Assembly: GCA_008369845.1 (NCBI GenBank)
Contig: MRSU01000182.1
Coordinates: forward strand, 1 to 32,249
Reading direction: 5' to 3'
Source of the DNA: Trichomonas gallinae
Lineage: Eukaryota
DNA: 32,249 nt
Shown: in pieces, positions 10,401 to 20,528 of the stretch
How the letters are laid out: every line of letters starts with the position of its first letter
Numbering within the stretch: position 1 is the first letter of the stretch
Translations under genes and position numbers: made by a program
The notes under the pieces: model-generated
What the model saw: the letters and a program-made list of their open reading frames with translations, nothing else
The model's database searches: none
What the model was told of the DNA's origin: nothing

Positions 10401-12178
10401 AAAACTCTCAACATATTGACAATATCATGTCAACAGCAGCATACATTAACATGATGACGATGAATGCTGTAGATTTGGCTGCTATATTGACTTATGGCGT
10501 TGTTACTGATGTGACGACTGTCGATGCAACTGTCATTGGAACAAAGTTCAAAAGGTTCGAGGTTTATAACGATAAACTAGAATATTATTACTCTAACATG
10601 AGATTTGGGTTCAATAATGGAAATCCATTCCCTGATTTCATAGAAATTGTCAACAAATCAAAGCAAACTAACAAATGCAATGAATCGAAAGTTTTCTCAT
10701 CTCTTAATGATGGAATTGGCTGCATTTCGCCTGATATATGGATAAGATTTGCATATTTCAACCTCCATTCTATTGTTGATCCCAAGATTGTGGCAATGGC
10801 AACGAACGCAAGTGTTATACCACCAATAAAGATCGAAGAATTGCCTGAAGCAATTAAACTTAACATTTTCAAGATTTTTGATGATTTCTTATATCCAGCT
10901 TCAGAAGTTATAGGTAATAAAGTCCAAGATCTGATTGATCAAGAGTTACCAACAACGATTGCAATATTGTGCACTTTCTTAGTTATAATGATCATCTGTT
11001 ATTTCATCGCTTTATCGCTGACAAACAGAATCGAGAAAAAGATGAAGTTCACATTAAGATTATTATCATCCTGCCAGACACAGATGGTTATGCAGAACAC
11101 TTACATAGTGTCAGTGTTAACAGGCAATTTCAAACAATGCAATACAGATTCATCGACTAGAGATGCTGCTTTCTATGACAACTTAGTTGAAGAGCTTCCT
11201 GATGCAATTATTGTAACTCATGGAAATGATTACACAGTGAAGAATATCAACAAGGCGGCCAAATCATTGTTCGGAGAAGACATACAAGGACATTCGTTCA
11301 GTGACTTCATGAATACACCAACTAATTTCCAGCCAGAATCGAACACGAAACTCAAAAAGTTGTTCGATGCAACAGCGAAGTCTTCTGTCTGTGGTGTCCA
11401 ATATCTCAAAGGTGACACTGATCAGCAATTCTTGTCTGTTATAAGAACAGCAGGATTCTCAGGCGAAACAGTAGTTTTCACCGTGAGAAATGTCACGCAA
11501 ACATTCATGTATAACAAACTAATTACAGAAGAGCGCTCAAAGAGTGACAAACTTTTATCGTCGATTCTTCCAGCATCACTTGTTCCTCGCGTTCAAAGTG
11601 GTGAAAAGAACATCTCGTTCTCAGTCCCAAGCGCAACAGTTGTCTTCATTGACATTGTCGAGTTCACACCTTGGTGCGGGTCAAACACAGCTGAGGTTGT
11701 CACAGGAACTCTCAATGACATTTTCACTGAGTTTGACACGATTATTTCCACTTTACCGGTCATGGAAAGGGTCAAGTGCATCGGAGACTGCTACATGGCC
11801 GCTGGTGGAATCTTTGCTGAGACTCCGAATGTTCTTCAGTTCGCAAGATCATCTGTTGATTTCGGCCTAGAGGCAATCGAAGCAATTGAAAGAGTCAATG
11901 AACGTCATGGAATGAAGCTAGCTGTTCGAGTTGGAATCCACATTGGTGGCCCGATTGTTGCTGGTGTCATTGGAACAGGAAAACCAACATTTGAAATCTT
12001 TGGGCCTGCAATTTCTATGGCGCAGCAGATGGAGCACAATGGCGTTCCGATGAAAGTCCATGTTTCTCGTGCGGTTTATGAGTTAATTTATGGAGGAACT
12101 TATAAAATTGAAGAGAGAGGAGAGATTCTGACAAAGCATGGAAAAGTTGTCACTTATCTTGTTGACAAGCAGCCTTAA
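7487..12178 (+). CDS. Transmembrane class III adenylyl/guanylyl cyclase family protein with PAS domain (catalytically incomplete type)
   Basis: Many N-terminal TM helices, further TM pairs, PAS-like LVEELPDAIIV...INKAAKSLFG, and a C-terminal cyclase domain VFIDIVEFT / KCIGDCYMAAGG / RVGIHIGGPIVAGVIG / FEIFGPAISMAQQME. Confidence 0.93.
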   Translation: MLHSSSSYESPQQGFTGRELDVSSKYSGLIEETKVRKIYKAIANLLNYLDSMIPPLYTLHHIVSLLRTIQIYALMFLSNYQSLNPKDGVIHKFFNYFSIIWNVVPIDYRDQSSLYVSIVYFVSNLIFFIVLISTAVFYQRYGKVHTALMYFIHLYISIVGYLIHAPALEICFETISRMIAGTVTHFSNAINAVTIVLTLITFLTTYIFYRQIYSFSFIFRPTSFQCISGDIQIRSFQTICIDAILIGIGTYLPKIAQGTLLVASGIACSTAYITIVRHYSLVSFNHNIIFLCFSIFGPISCIGFAIMIFCDYILKPAIIFVYCLLLVAVLVASYTLHQVVIKKALKFLDDIYEDKSILEDERISNFKLYVYNIIGFHYAHPTSLDFTIFKHITDREPDNALYWVAYGKFAAIYPDLSEMHNFIVRTIINRKLKGNGVSQCIAQSHIIFQQRETNLTADLKKKLTRVSKDVSSCKRRLRHIWDQVIQGNIAEMDGAIASAYKAIQDTDAEFSLLLSQLPNNRFLYRHYSLYLYDVSNNFEKFQETTDIIKSLTRGIRVHSDHTQELGFAAFPNLPSELSNSVSITGTNECSENIMAFDENIDEETVNKRVEENRILNDLIDNLRIPSLHLTIILMTVVVIFITVVSITCLSLEKTYQKDVQRPKVLLDAIDYAKYFSTAATAMTHLYLMRALNVIPFDDYPLQNFNGETTLKGQINYAISEVLNQIKQFAQFRNYHTNTEFFGAVNEILFTDSNYYVIFNKYMTNTTSKYSVIDVLDMLALRLSEIMQLNDSEINRMTPLSPSMRNPFYNILEIITQMNYACGNITDYVDNFVTKANKYYLITMISLAIILVIILLIIMYVVWSHITKDKTTIYTTLMVLPKNVVSQISESLRSVKSDTTTKVAGTSSASTENDSNRQEENLLKVLTAATDESSHSKELVSLTVSLVIIMFSSVVIDVNQSEFYMKKGSMMNENSQHIDNIMSTAAYINMMTMNAVDLAAILTYGVVTDVTTVDATVIGTKFKRFEVYNDKLEYYYSNMRFGFNNGNPFPDFIEIVNKSKQTNKCNESKVFSSLNDGIGCISPDIWIRFAYFNLHSIVDPKIVAMATNASVIPPIKIEELPEAIKLNIFKIFDDFLYPASEVIGNKVQDLIDQELPTTIAILCTFLVIMIICYFIALSLTNRIEKKMKFTLRLLSSCQTQMVMQNTYIVSVLTGNFKQCNTDSSTRDAAFYDNLVEELPDAIIVTHGNDYTVKNINKAAKSLFGEDIQGHSFSDFMNTPTNFQPESNTKLKKLFDATAKSSVCGVQYLKGDTDQQFLSVIRTAGFSGETVVFTVRNVTQTFMYNKLITEERSKSDKLLSSILPASLVPRVQSGEKNISFSVPSATVVFIDIVEFTPWCGSNTAEVVTGTLNDIFTEFDTIISTLPVMERVKCIGDCYMAAGGIFAETPNVLQFARSSVDFGLEAIEAIERVNERHGMKLAVRVGIHIGGPIVAGVIGTGKPTFEIFGPAISMAQQMEHNGVPMKVHVSRAVYELIYGGTYKIEERGEILTKHGKVVTYLVDKQP

Positions 12179-12388
12179 TTTCTTCAATAAATCATTTTGT
12201 TATATTTCCGATTAAATGTTGCTATATTAACAGTGAACCCTTAAACAAATAGATAATGTTCGATGAGGTATATAATAGTGCCAAATTTGTTAGAAAATCA
12301 GCCATATGAAAGCAAGTAAAATATTCAGATATTTTTGAGAATTCGAGAATGAATCTAAATATATATGAAAGTCCTAACTTTTTATTAA

Positions 12389-12655
12389 TGAACTATAAAA
12401 GAAAGTTTCGGAAGTCAAAACGTTATTTGTGACTCTGTTAGATCCATCTGGATTGAAATATAGCAAGAAAAACGTAGATATTCCCGGGTTTGCTGATTTT
12501 CGATTTTTGTGCTTCGTTGTAAAGCTTATATGGAACATCTTCACCAACATATTGGTTCCAGGAGCTGTTATCGTTGTGAAAAGAGAGAAATTCTGGCAAA
12601 GAAAGAAAGCACTAAAGCTGTGAACAAAATCAGTTCAATTTCTCTCTCATTTTTA
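12389..12655 (-). pseudogene. Truncated, frameshifted 5' fragment of the 19.2-kb surface-protein-like gene family
   Basis: Minus strand reads PEFLSFHNDNSSWNQYVGEDVPYKLYNEAQKSKISKPGNIYVFLA, matching SEFLSLHNDDSTWNRFVGENIPYSPYNEAQKSKISKPGDIYVFHA. A frameshifting deletion follows, and similarity ends near 12389. Confidence 0.85.
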
Positions 12656-14158
12656 ACGATATTTGATTTTCAGCATGTTCATTTAGTAGTCATATCAATT
12701 TTCATGAACATTGCTTTTCAATTCAATGAAATTGAAGAAATTTTCTGATAATTCTTAATGAAACTTTAATCCATGATCATAAATAGACTTTATTAAAGTT
12801 TTATAATAATACTGTCATCAAGATTTATCGAATTTTTAAGAAAATCTCTTCGATCAAAAAATATGAATTAAAAATACAAAAAAAATACACCATTCATCCA
12901 ATTCCCTTAAATAGTTCACTGTATTTCATATTTTACTAAAGTAATATTTTCAAAAGATTCTATTTTTTATAAAAATTTTGATTGACATATTGATATGTTT
13001 ACACCTAGTAGTATATAATCTGATTCTAACATTGATTCAGTTAGATTTCCTTGATTGAATAACTTTTTATCGACCAATGGAGTTCGATAAATGCAACATA
13101 AGTCAATGATTCATTATTGAGAATGTCAACAACAGAATCATGAATATACAATGGAGCTAAATTATGAATTGAAAATTTTCGATTTTAATATCAAGATATT
13201 TTAATTTTTCATTGTTGAAAATATATCTATACATTATATAGAGCACATTATTAAAATTTAGATCGAAAAAAGCTTAAATTTCAAATTTGAAATTATTAAC
13301 GAACAAATGATCGAGAAAATTATAAAACAAACATTATATCCGTAGCACATAACAGAAAAAAGTTCGAAATACATTCTATTGATGATTTCCTTTCTATATT
13401 TATCAAATAATCAGTTAATTCAAAAGTACGATAATTTTTTTTTTAATAAACCGATAAAATGCAATATTTTGAGATAAAATACTGTTAAAGATTATAATGA
13501 ATTTTTTCGTTGAGTTTATATGAAATTTTAGTTGAGTGAGAAATTTTATTCAATTTTGGTTTGTATTAATTCTCGAAAATAATGATTTTGTGAGAATAAA
13601 CAATAAATTATATTTATCAGAATTGAGTATTTTCAAATTATTGAATTCTATTGAATTTTTATTTGTATTGTTTAAAATGAAATCTTGATATTATTGAAAT
13701 GGATTATTTTGTGATATTTTCTCAATTTTCATTGAAAATACAAAAAGTGATTTCGATTGTAAAAATATGATATTACATGAATTATAATCATTATTTTTAA
13801 TTTCTTTTTACATTTCATTTTATACAAAATAACCAACAAAATTCGATTGCAATTAGAATGTCCAATTATATTACGATAAAAAATGATTATAAAATCGTTA
13901 TAGAAATCTTTTCAATTTTGATAAATTATCTTTTCAATTTTCATAGTTGTGAAAACATGCAATAACCAATATCGTTTCATATAGTCATATATTTCGAAAA
14001 GCAATTCGATTTGTTTTTATTGGTTTAATTTTCAATAGTTATCAAAAAGAAAACTCTTTTTCATCGATTTCTTGTTGATTTTCCATTTATTGGAGGTTAA
14101 AATATCCGATTATCTTCTTTTTATTGAATTTTTGATTCATTCAATTTAAATTTTTTAG

Positions 14159-17100
14159 ATGGCTGAGCCTTCTGCAGTGAGATCTATGAGTAGTCAAAGT
14201 ACATCGACTATTTCCAAACAGACAGAGAGACTTTTGTTGCTCCAGAGACGTCTAGCTGATAGAGTTTTTCCAATTTACCATAATTTGATGCAAAAAACGA
14301 AGTTTCCTGCATGGTTGATGAGCTTATTAGCTGTATTTATGCTCACACAGATTCTTAGTGTTACACTTTGGATCTACACCCCGATTTTTTCTCGAATTCC
14401 AGGAAATTGGAAAAAAGTTTATAGCGTAATAGTCAAAATTTTTGCATTTAGCGATCCTCTTGAAATTGGTAGAACAGATGTAACCGAGCTTATCGTTGTT
14501 TTATGCATCGCAATCCTTTCTTTTTTGTGGATAATCGCAATGATATTATATAACGCAAAATTTTACGATATTCCTGTAGGATTGATGTATGTCACATCGT
14601 TTATACTCGATATTGTTGATCCTTTGTTCATAATGCCAAGTGTTTACATAATCGATCATGGAATCGCTTCACTTTCTTATAATTACAGTTCAAATTCGGT
14701 AATAGAAGTCGTTTTAGGAATGATTGCGTATTTATTGTTGTTAACGATGTTCATATTAGGAACAAGTCTCAAAACAAGATCAATTGTTCTTTCGAACCTC
14801 GCTTTTCCGCTATTTGATCACATGTCCATAACAATATGGGTAATCTCAACTACATCATTCTCAATCCTTTCTGCAGTCTTGAAATTTTTCGATGATTGGA
14901 TTTTTGTAGTGGAATCAATACTACACATATTGATAACATGCTATCTAACTCATAGACTATCATTTATTCCGTTCTATGACGTATGGAGAAACGGAATTTG
15001 CATCGCTTTTGCAATAACTACAATTGTGATGGATTTGAACATGATTGTATTGTTTATCGATGAAGATCTACCATATAGATTCACGGTTTTCGTATGCTTA
15101 GGAGCTTTCATTATCAGTTTTATATCAGCGTATTTTTATATTGAGCAAAAAGTAAAGAAAATCAGAGCTAAGCTTACAATGAATGATAGTATAACAAATG
15201 TACAAGAATATCTCGAAGAAATCAAAGTTGGAAAAAGTCCATTTTATGCAATGATGTACATCGTCGTTGGCTTAGCATACAACTGTGATTTGTTCATCGA
15301 TGGTTCATTGATCGACTATATCATGAACCAACCAAATCTTTGCTCGGCTTTCCCAATACTTCTTCAAGTTGTTACGTTTTTCCCATCTGAAAGTCGAAAG
15401 ATGGACGTTTTGTTCAAGAGAATCGTTTCGAGCAGGAAGCTGAGCCTATCAGACAGATTCCTTATATACCAGGTCAGCATGATCAAAACAAGGAGGTTGA
15501 TTTCAGACTCAAAGGAGACACTCGAGACATACAACAAATTAAAGATCAGGAATGACCACTGCAAAACGATTATCAGTGGTTTCTGGGACAAAACGCACTG
15601 CACGGACAGCTTCATTTCTTCTTTGTCTGCACTCATCAGCGATGTGGACTCTTTCTTCACTGCATCACTTCAGAACAATCCGAACAATCTAAGACTGAGG
15701 AAAGAATATGCGAACTTTTTAACTGAGTGCAAATGCGACTTCAATCAAGCAATCAAACAAAGTATCATTGTCGAATCAATAGGAAATGGAAGGAACTTCA
15801 ATGTCGATGTCAGTTTTAGAAGTCTTATCAACAAATTCCCAAAGTATCTCAAGGAAAACATTTTGGACTGCAAAGGAAAGCGAATAACCGAGCGGAAACG
15901 AAAAGGAGGGAATTCTCAGAGTGAAGAAAGATCGAGTTCTTCGAACAGCAGCAAAAACATTGGCTCGCTGTCAAGTTCATTGAGTGTTGACATCGAGCAG
16001 CAAGAAATAGTTTGCAAGCAAATATTGAGAGATGCAAAAGTGAGACTAGCCTTCCACAACTCAGTCGACGAAATGAAACCGAGGCAGTCAAAGCAAATTG
16101 TCATTTTGATATTCAGTATCCTTGCTTTATCACTTGCCTTTTATTTTGCTTTCTTCTTTTACATGAGATCGACACTTGCTTGGAGAAAAACAAGCCACGA
16201 AGATATAGGAAGTGCAGCATTCACACTATTCTATAACATGATGACGAACATTTACACTTTAGTTGTCTTCAGTGTCGTCACTGGAAGATTTGATGGCAGT
16301 GAAGAAATTCTCGGCAACTTAACAATGGATGAATACATTTATCCACCTCTTGTTCCAATAGATATAACGTTCCCACAAATGTTGTTGTATTGTGTTTCAA
16401 AGATGAGATTCTACCTGAATGAGCTTCTGAATAACGTTGCAGAGCTTGCTAAGAAGAACAATGCATATGAAATCACTGGAGTTCTTCTTTCGATGTCGTC
16501 AACATTCAAAGTTTGCGCAAACGCGAAACCAGATTACATCATTCCGGCATCTTTAAAACAGCAGATTGTCACTGTTGCATATCTGCAGTCGACGATCACT
16601 GGAGATATAAACTTGGGCCAGCTCTCAATGAACATTTATCAGAATAACGATTACTGTCAAATTGCTGCGAATCTCCCAATAATCGGCAAAAACTCTGACG
16701 ACGTCATCCAGTCATTGCTTGACTACAATTTAGACATGTCTGATGACTACTTCAAGATTTTCGTCATTTGGATCATCGTTGGATCTGTTTCGATGCTCGC
16801 ATTGCTGGGTATTCCATCTTTCATGATCGTTCACTCATATAACAAGAGAATCAACGCGATGCTGAAAGTCTTGACAGCTTTGCCAAATGTTGTGAAGGAA
16901 GATGCAAAGAAGCCTCTGATGATTTCTAACGAAGAATCAGAGATGATCCCTTCAAGTAACTCAGTTGAGAAGTCGTATATAATGGTCATCCTCCCAATAA
17001 TTTACTTCTTCTTCCTCACGCTTGTTATCGTTTTCTATGTCCTCCTTTGCTGGAATTCAGTCGAAATGAATCAAGACTTGACTAAGATTTTGCAGTGGTA

Positions 17101-18880
17101 TCACTACTCATCTGAGAGGATTGCATTGGCTGCACAAGTTGGAACATATGCAGTCCAGCTGATTCTCTTGAATGGATCACTCGAGCAAGAAGTTGTCAAT
17201 GTCTCCGATCTACATACATACACGAAAAACGACCTCGAACGGCTGATGGAAGCGAACAATATTTTGATTTATGGAAATGATGAAGTTCCTTCTAGTATAG
17301 GTTTCGACGAGCAATTCGACTCAATACAACTGAAGAACTTGTGCGATTTGGGAAGAGATCCAGAGAGTATGCATGACATGTATGGATGCACAGGAATCGA
17401 CAACTTGTTGAGATCCTTCAAGACAATCGTCAGCGACATCCTCAAGAAGCCAGAGATGTTCGAAGGCTCGTTCAAGTCAGCAGAGGCTGTGAATTTGATC
17501 CACATGTTGAGGACGCACATATATCCGAGTGTCCATGAAGCGTCGAACAGAATTGCTCTCTTAATGGAAGAAACATATGATAGCAAGATGATGTACTCTA
17601 TCATTTACTTGGTCTGCGGAATGATTTGCATTTTGGTGACTTCGATTATTCCAATTTTCTTCAGGAAATATGTGAACCTAAACTTTAAATCATTTTTGAT
17701 GCTGATTCAACACCTCTCGCCACAGACAGTCATCGGCACGAAGGAGATCATGGAGTTCTTCATGGGCAAAAGCAAGTCATCAGATGAAGATTCGATGTCT
17801 CTGTCGAAGTCAGTTGTCTATAATGCGAACGAATGCATCATCATCACGAACGGCTCATCTGTTGTCGAGATCATCAACAAGAGTGTCACAGAGAACATCG
17901 GTCTCACTCCAGATCAGATGCTTGGCCAGCAGATTGCAAACTTTGTCTCAGCTGATAACCAAGCGAAACTGAATGGCCAGATTGACTTGATGAACAGCGG
18001 CCAAGGCTCAGACATCTGGCAGGATCACATCGAGCTGATAAACGACAACATGGAGCCGATTCCTTTTGCCGTGACAATGATCGCGATCAAGGAACCTGAC
18101 AGTCAATGCATATCTTCGATTGTTTTCATTCTGACTAACGAAGAGGAAGAGATCGCGAAGAGGAAGGAAGCAGAAGAAGCTAAAGCGACATCGGAGAAGT
18201 TGCTATACCAGATTCTTCCTAAGGACATTGTTGTCAGACTGAACCGTGGCGAAACAGACATCTCATTCACGATCAAGTCTGCGACAATATTCTTCATTGA
18301 CATCGTCAAGTTCTCGACATACGCATCTCTTCTGACTCCGTCCGAGATCATGGCAAACTTGAGTTTAGTTTTCGCGACGTTCGACAAAATCGTCTCAAAG
18401 TATGAAACGATAACGAAGATCAAGCTGATTGGCGATGTTTACATGGCAGCATCTGGTTTGTTCATGGGCGAAGACGATGACCCCTCAAAACACGCAGAAG
18501 AATCAGTTCGATGCTGCCTTGAGTGCTCCAAGTCTCTTGACGAAATCAACGCGAAACTGAACGCGTCACTAGAAGTGAGGATTGGCGTCAACAGCGGGGG
18601 TCCATTGATCGGCGGTGTTTTAGGACAAGACAAGCCAACGTTCGACATCATCGGAGACCCAATTAACGTTGCTGCTCGCCTCCAATCGACAGACATTCCT
18701 GGAAACGTGCAGATCTCTGAAGACACGAAGAAGCTTATCGAAAACCTCGACTTCTCGATCGAAGAAAGGGGCGAAGTTTTCCTGAAAGGCAAAGGAAACA
18801 GGATGACGTATTTTGTAAGTAGCCATGCAAGCAACGAACCAGATGGTTCATTTATCATGACATTAGATGCATCAAAATAA
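14159..18880 (+). CDS. Transmembrane adenylyl cyclase with PAS domain (catalytically complete type)
   Basis: Same architecture as 7487..12178. The cyclase domain FFIDIVKFS / KIKLIGDVYM / FDIIGDPINVAARLQ has both metal-binding Asp, the ATP-specifying Lys and Asp, and the transition-state Asn and Arg. TCATT Inr upstream. Confidence 0.95.
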   Translation: MAEPSAVRSMSSQSTSTISKQTERLLLLQRRLADRVFPIYHNLMQKTKFPAWLMSLLAVFMLTQILSVTLWIYTPIFSRIPGNWKKVYSVIVKIFAFSDPLEIGRTDVTELIVVLCIAILSFLWIIAMILYNAKFYDIPVGLMYVTSFILDIVDPLFIMPSVYIIDHGIASLSYNYSSNSVIEVVLGMIAYLLLLTMFILGTSLKTRSIVLSNLAFPLFDHMSITIWVISTTSFSILSAVLKFFDDWIFVVESILHILITCYLTHRLSFIPFYDVWRNGICIAFAITTIVMDLNMIVLFIDEDLPYRFTVFVCLGAFIISFISAYFYIEQKVKKIRAKLTMNDSITNVQEYLEEIKVGKSPFYAMMYIVVGLAYNCDLFIDGSLIDYIMNQPNLCSAFPILLQVVTFFPSESRKMDVLFKRIVSSRKLSLSDRFLIYQVSMIKTRRLISDSKETLETYNKLKIRNDHCKTIISGFWDKTHCTDSFISSLSALISDVDSFFTASLQNNPNNLRLRKEYANFLTECKCDFNQAIKQSIIVESIGNGRNFNVDVSFRSLINKFPKYLKENILDCKGKRITERKRKGGNSQSEERSSSSNSSKNIGSLSSSLSVDIEQQEIVCKQILRDAKVRLAFHNSVDEMKPRQSKQIVILIFSILALSLAFYFAFFFYMRSTLAWRKTSHEDIGSAAFTLFYNMMTNIYTLVVFSVVTGRFDGSEEILGNLTMDEYIYPPLVPIDITFPQMLLYCVSKMRFYLNELLNNVAELAKKNNAYEITGVLLSMSSTFKVCANAKPDYIIPASLKQQIVTVAYLQSTITGDINLGQLSMNIYQNNDYCQIAANLPIIGKNSDDVIQSLLDYNLDMSDDYFKIFVIWIIVGSVSMLALLGIPSFMIVHSYNKRINAMLKVLTALPNVVKEDAKKPLMISNEESEMIPSSNSVEKSYIMVILPIIYFFFLTLVIVFYVLLCWNSVEMNQDLTKILQWYHYSSERIALAAQVGTYAVQLILLNGSLEQEVVNVSDLHTYTKNDLERLMEANNILIYGNDEVPSSIGFDEQFDSIQLKNLCDLGRDPESMHDMYGCTGIDNLLRSFKTIVSDILKKPEMFEGSFKSAEAVNLIHMLRTHIYPSVHEASNRIALLMEETYDSKMMYSIIYLVCGMICILVTSIIPIFFRKYVNLNFKSFLMLIQHLSPQTVIGTKEIMEFFMGKSKSSDEDSMSLSKSVVYNANECIIITNGSSVVEIINKSVTENIGLTPDQMLGQQIANFVSADNQAKLNGQIDLMNSGQGSDIWQDHIELINDNMEPIPFAVTMIAIKEPDSQCISSIVFILTNEEEEIAKRKEAEEAKATSEKLLYQILPKDIVVRLNRGETDISFTIKSATIFFIDIVKFSTYASLLTPSEIMANLSLVFATFDKIVSKYETITKIKLIGDVYMAASGLFMGEDDDPSKHAEESVRCCLECSKSLDEINAKLNASLEVRIGVNSGGPLIGGVLGQDKPTFDIIGDPINVAARLQSTDIPGNVQISEDTKKLIENLDFSIEERGEVFLKGKGNRMTYFVSSHASNEPDGSFIMTLDASK

Positions 18881-19186
18881 TCATTTTTGATTTAATTTAT
18901 TCTTTTGAATTCTACAAAAAGCTCAAGTGTTTAGTTTATTTAGATAGGTTTATAATCCAATTTATTTTCTGAATATCTCATTGAATGTGTTCATTTATTA
19001 TGGTAAGATCGAATATAAATATGTCATTGCGATTATTTTCAACTCAAATTTAACGCTATTGCGCCCGTAAAACATGATTTGTTTTTAATTTTTAATATTT
19101 AATGATTTCGAAACTATCTATGCCTGTTATAATGAAATTCTTGCCAAAATGATGGAGAAATTCTTCTGATTCGTTTAACAGCTTTA

Positions 19187-20198
19187 GTGCTTTCATTCTG
19201 TGTCCGAATTTCTCTCTCTCCACAACGATGACAGCACCTGGAACCGATTTGTTGGCGAAAATATCCCGTATTCTCCTTACAATGAAGCACAAAAATCGAA
19301 AATCAGCAAACCCGGGGATATCTACGTTTTTCATGCCTCATTTATCGATCTCCATCCTGATGGATCTATTAACGTCACAAATGAAGCCACAAAAAATGTT
19401 TTGACTTCTGAATCCTTCTTTTCTAGTTCATACTCCACTGGAAATGGTGGATCTATATACGTCAAAGATGGCTCCTGCATCCAATACCGCATCTGCAGCA
19501 TAAACTCTACGTCTAAAATATCTGGTTGTCACTCATATGTTGTAACAACAAAAGAAGAAAGTTTTGTAATTGAAAGTTCTCTTTCGAAAAGCACAGGACA
19601 TGATAGTTGCATTAGCCTTGGACGTGGAAGTCCGCTCATTGATTCCACAAATATTTCTTATGCTAAATGTGCATACAATGCTGCTTATACTTGTTATGAT
19701 AATCCATCATTTCATCGAATAAATTTCACATCAATATTTAATAACACAGCGGACAAACAATGTGTCATTTACCATGATAATGATGGTAAAAATCATTATG
19801 TTTCTTACTGCAATGTTATTAATAACAATCTCAAGGAAAAAGGTGATAATTATGGAATTGTTCTTAATTATGGTTTTAATCTTCTTGAAATCAGTTTCTG
19901 TGTTTTCTCATCAAATTCTGGCCCATGTTTGTTCTACAATCTTGATCATTTTGGTACAAAGCTTGTTGTTAATCAATGTTTTATTGATGATAATAACAAT
20001 GTTGATGAAATAGATGACTTCGCTTTTGAACCTATGAGTCTTAATGCAACAAGCCAACTTGTTCTCAGTCTTCCTTATATTACTACAGAATTATGTGTTG
20101 ATTTATCTCTTATGAATGATCATCGTGAAGACTCAATTGATCCAAATCAAATTTCATTCTTATTTTCATTTTTTATTTTCATTAGTGAAGCGAAATGA
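19187..20198 (+). pseudogene. Putative surface/secreted protein (Cys/Asn/Ser-rich, beta-helix-like repeats, hydrophobic C-terminus) lacking a usable ATG; possible pseudogene
   Basis: Intact 332-codon frame 19200..20198 starts at GTG, has an in-frame TAG at 19185-19187, and no Met until near the C-terminus. GNGGSIY and FCVFSSN repeats and an ISFLFSFFIFIS tail. The signal-like segment is in another frame. Confidence 0.6.
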
Positions 20199-20528
20199 AC
20201 TTCATATTAAATTGTTTTTCATGATTTAAACATATTTAATTGACTAAAACAATCAAACCAATGAAAATATTTTTCGATTAAAAATCAACATTACCAAATC
20301 TATTATATGTTATCACATAATGCTTTCATTGACATGAAATGCATAAATTATATATAGAAAGCACTTGAGGAAAATTGGTTGTGAAGATATGAAGAATAAG
20401 GAGGAAAAATCAATCAAAAAGCTAAAAAACTTGAAATATAAGAGTTTCGAACAATATAAATACTATATATGTGTCAAATTCATGAAAAAACAAAAAAAAA
20501 ATATTTTAGTAAACGAATTTTTTTAGAA

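Noticed and set aside
12221..12244. GTGAACCC|TTAA as the partner terminus of TTAA|GGGTCCGC at 32163
   Set aside because: Only about 10 of 12 nt match, and the two ends face away from each other, so they cannot bound one element.
12429..12623. Similar short ORFs 12429..12623 (+) and 19092..19334 (-) as a small gene family
   Set aside because: They are antisense shadows of the surface-protein gene and its fragment; the similarity reflects DNA homology.
19120..19200. Intron rescuing the ATG-less 19.2-kb ORF (AACAG at 19177-19181)
   Set aside because: No trichomonad-type donor or ACTAAC/TCTAAC branch site, and the in-frame TAG at 19185 lies downstream of that acceptor.
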